Shown here: in pieces, positions 61,582 through 64,000 of the stretch
How positions within the stretch are numbered: the first letter of the stretch is position 1
How the letters are laid out: each line of letters starts with the position of its first letter
NCBI GenBank assembly: GCA_047285305.1
Contig: JBJBDL010000003.1
Coordinates: 352,001-416,000, forward strand
DNA: 64,000 nt
Source: Synechococcus sp.
Lineage (GTDB): Bacteria > Cyanobacteriota > Cyanobacteriia > PCC-6307 > Cyanobiaceae
Direction: 5' to 3'
Notes under the pieces: generated by a model
Told to the model about the DNA's origin: nothing
Seen by the model: only the letters and a program-made list of their open reading frames with translations
The model's database searches: none
Made by a program: the position numbers and the translations under genes

Positions 61582-62598
61582 ATGGGCCCCCACGATTCCA
61601 CGAACCCTAGGCATGAGCTGGTGATCGCTCTCGGCGATCCCGCGGGCATCGGCATGGAAGTGGTGCTCAAAGCCCTCGCCTCACCCACGCTCCCCCCAGA
61701 GCTCCAACCCCTGCTGGTGGGTTGCCGACGCACGCTGATCAGCACCCACACGCGACTGCAGCGGCAAACGAGCCAGCCCCTTGCCGACCCCGCAGCCCTA
61801 AGGATCGACGATCAACCGCTGGAGGTCAGCGTTCAGCCAGGACAACCCACCACCAGCGGAGCCGATGCGGGGTTTCGCTGGCTGACCCGCGCCGTCGAAC
61901 TGCTGCAGGAAAGAGGGTCCCGCGCCCTGGTGACTGCCCCCATCGCCAAACACCTTTGGCATGCGACCGGCCATCGCTATCCCGGGCAGACCGAACGCCT
62001 GGCTGAGTTGGCTGGACGCCAGCGCTCCTCAATGCTGTTCACCGCCGTCTCTCCCACCAGCGGCTGGCGCCTGAACACCTTGCTGGCCACCACCCACATC
62101 CCCCTCAGCCAGGTCCCTAAAGCGCTGACCCCAGACCTGGTGCAGCACAAACTGAACGTGCTGGATGGGTTCTGTCGACGCTTCACGAGCACACCACATC
62201 TGCGCATTGCCGGTCTGAATCCCCATGCCGGTGAAGCCGGTCAGCTGGGCCACGAAGAAGCCGAATGGCTACTGCCGCTGCTGGATCAATGGCGAAAGAA
62301 CCATCCTCAGGTGCAGCTGGAGGGTCCAGTCCCTCCAGACACCTGCTGGATCAGCGCTGCGCGCGCTTGGCAGTCACCAAGCCAACCAGGTCCTGACGGG
62401 ATTCTGGCCCTGTATCACGACCAAGGGCTCATTCCCGTGAAGCTGCTGGCCTTCGACGCAGCAGTGAACACCACTTTGGAACTGCCATTCCTTCGCACCT
62501 CGCCCGACCACGGCACAGCCTTCGACATTGCAAACCAAGGGATCGCCAGCCCTGAAAGCACGACGGCAGCCATTCAGGCCGCCTGGGACCTGAGCTGA
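61582..62598 (+). CDS. pdxA: 4-hydroxythreonine-4-phosphate dehydrogenase
   Basis: GDPAGIG, GLNPHAGE, YHDQGL, RTSPDHGTAFDIA. Confidence 0.95.
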   Translation: MGPHDSTNPRHELVIALGDPAGIGMEVVLKALASPTLPPELQPLLVGCRRTLISTHTRLQRQTSQPLADPAALRIDDQPLEVSVQPGQPTTSGADAGFRWLTRAVELLQERGSRALVTAPIAKHLWHATGHRYPGQTERLAELAGRQRSSMLFTAVSPTSGWRLNTLLATTHIPLSQVPKALTPDLVQHKLNVLDGFCRRFTSTPHLRIAGLNPHAGEAGQLGHEEAEWLLPLLDQWRKNHPQVQLEGPVPPDTCWISAARAWQSPSQPGPDGILALYHDQGLIPVKLLAFDAAVNTTLELPFLRTSPDHGTAFDIANQGIASPESTTAAIQAAWDLS

Positions 62599-62599
62599 C

Positions 62600-63076
62600 T
62601 CAGGCCGGCTTGACCCGCATCAGCACCTGACCGAATTCAACGGGCGTGCCGTTGTCCACCAGGATCTCTACCACTTCACCGCCAACGTCAGACTCCAGCT
62701 CATTCATCAGCTTCATCGCCTCAAGGATGCAGACGGTCTGGCCGACATTGATGCGACTGCCCACCTCAACAAAGGCTGGTTCGCCCGGAGCGGGAGCGCG
62801 GTAGAAGGTGCCCACCATGGGAGCCGTGACTTCGAGCAGGTCACTGCGGGTTGCGGTGGATGCAGGAGGTGCAGCTGCAGGCTCGGCTGGTGCAACTGGC
62901 GCTGGTGAAGCAGCAACGGGAGCGGGCATGACCGGGGCCATGACGGCCTGGGCCGGCAGGTTGCGACGGATTTCCAGACGGAAGTCGTCCCCTTCCAACC
63001 TGAACTCCTGGATGTCGCTCTCCCCGAGCGCCTCCAGCAAGCGGTGCAGTTGTTCGTGATCCAGCTGCATGGTCAT
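62600..63076 (-). CDS. accB: Acetyl-CoA carboxylase biotin carboxyl carrier protein
   Basis: [18 protein letters not shown] biotinylation site. Confidence 0.98.
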   Translation of the reverse strand: MTMQLDHEQLHRLLEALGESDIQEFRLEGDDFRLEIRRNLPAQAVMAPVMPAPVAASPAPVAPAEPAAAPPASTATRSDLLEVTAPMVGTFYRAPAPGEPAFVEVGSRINVGQTVCILEAMKLMNELESDVGGEVVEILVDNGTPVEFGQVLMRVKPA

Positions 63077-63636
63077 CCGTTTTCGCGCCCGAGGTAACTG
63101 TCGTTGCGGGTATCCACTTTGATCTTTTCTCCCACAGAAAGGAAGAGCGGAACCATCACTTGTGCACCGGTCTCAAGAATGGCGGGCTTGGTGCCACCGG
63201 TGGCGGTGTCGCCTTTGACGCCAGGGTCGGTTTCTTTGATCTCAAGAACCACGGAGTTGGGCAGTTCAACCTCAAGGGGGGTGTCGTTCCAGGACACCAC
63301 GTTCACCTCCATGCCCTCCTTGAGGTATTTGCGGCTCTCGCCGATCTGGTTGGCGCTGAGGCGGGTCTCCTCGTAGGTGGCCATGTCCATAAAGACATAG
63401 TCCTCACCCTCCATGTAGGTGTGCTGAAGCGAGGATTTCTCCAACATCGCCTGGGGAAGCATTTCCCCGGCGCGGAAGGTCTTCTCCACCACGTTGCCGG
63501 ACTTCACCGCCTTGAGCTTGGTGCGCACGAAGGCAGATCCCTTGCCGGGCTTGACGTGCAAGAACTCGACAACACGCCAGACGGCCCCATCGATCTCAAT
63601 CGTGGTGCCGGTGCGGAAGTCGTTACTGGAGATCAT
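63073..63636 (-). CDS. efp: Elongation factor P
   Basis: [23 protein letters not shown]. Confidence 0.98.
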   Translation of the reverse strand: MISSNDFRTGTTIEIDGAVWRVVEFLHVKPGKGSAFVRTKLKAVKSGNVVEKTFRAGEMLPQAMLEKSSLQHTYMEGEDYVFMDMATYEETRLSANQIGESRKYLKEGMEVNVVSWNDTPLEVELPNSVVLEIKETDPGVKGDTATGGTKPAILETGAQVMVPLFLSVGEKIKVDTRNDSYLGRENG

Positions 63637-63701
63637 TCCCACCGAACGGTTCATCGGACTATACGGCTGTGCCAAAGTCCCGTCAGCACTGGGGTTCCCC
63701 C

Positions 63702-64000
63702 TTGGTCCATCAGCGTTTGAACGCCGTCCTTGCTGTTCTGATCAGCTTTACTCTGATCACGATCGCCGCCCCTGCCTGGGCCGCATTGCCCCAGGGCAAT
63801 GCTGTTAAGGACCCTGCCGCGATTCTTCGGGACGCGCTTCCCTTCGAACAGGAAGACATCCGCGAACTGCAGCATCGGCTGGAACTCACCAGTGACGATC
63901 TGCGGGCGAAACGCTGGACAGCCCTAGGTAAGACAGTGTCACGCACTGAATCGCTGCTCAACACCCGCCGCGACACCATCCTGAACGCGGTCCCTGAAGC
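63702..64000 (+). CDS. Cyclophilin-type peptidyl-prolyl isomerase (TLP40/CYP38-like), runs off window end
   Basis: Manual translation: signal peptide, then [23 protein letters not shown]...IRELQHRLE....LRAKRW. Confidence 0.75.
   Translation, partial: MVHQRLNAVLAVLISFTLITIAAPAWAALPQGNAVKDPAAILRDALPFEQEDIRELQHRLELTSDDLRAKRWTALGKTVSRTESLLNTRRDTILNAVPE

Overview
This 64-kb window is from a GC-rich marine picocyanobacterium, most likely marine Synechococcus, judged from gene content (psbZ, psb34, ycf23, ycf37, sqdB/sqdX) and gene order. Most of it is core genome: uvrB, mutS, ribH, tilS, cobH, holA, lysC, rnj, dapA, asd, tig-clpP-clpX, dnaX, rpmI-rplT, thiG, sqdB-sqdX, mrdA, guaA, cbiD, pdxA, accB, efp and two tRNA-Gly genes. 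There are three accessory regions. (1) 1-9.4 kb: a surface-polysaccharide locus next to tRNA-Gly(GCC), with wzm/wzt, a GT4, a sulfotransferase-GT2 fusion, a sulfotransferase, a sulfatase, a decayed sulfatase-superfamily gene and a priming sugar transferase. (2) 12.2-15.2 kb: an isolated pseG-pseH fusion plus pseI insert. (3) 47.6-51.8 kb: an island at the 3' end of guaA. The most striking object is a 2.6-kb element with no integrase, bounded by duplicated guaA-end cores. On circularisation these rebuild a perfect AACTACT-CCCACTC-AGTAGTT tyrosine-recombinase-type site, and both inner ends carry 11-bp-spaced arm-like repeats. Its cargo is an SRA-like/HNH nuclease, a two-gene cassette preceded by a LexA-box-like palindrome, and a ~650-nt highly structured non-coding tract. 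That tract has four tandem terminator-ended units with mutually complementary segments and loops. All calls were made by eye from the sequence and ORF track; no database searches were run.
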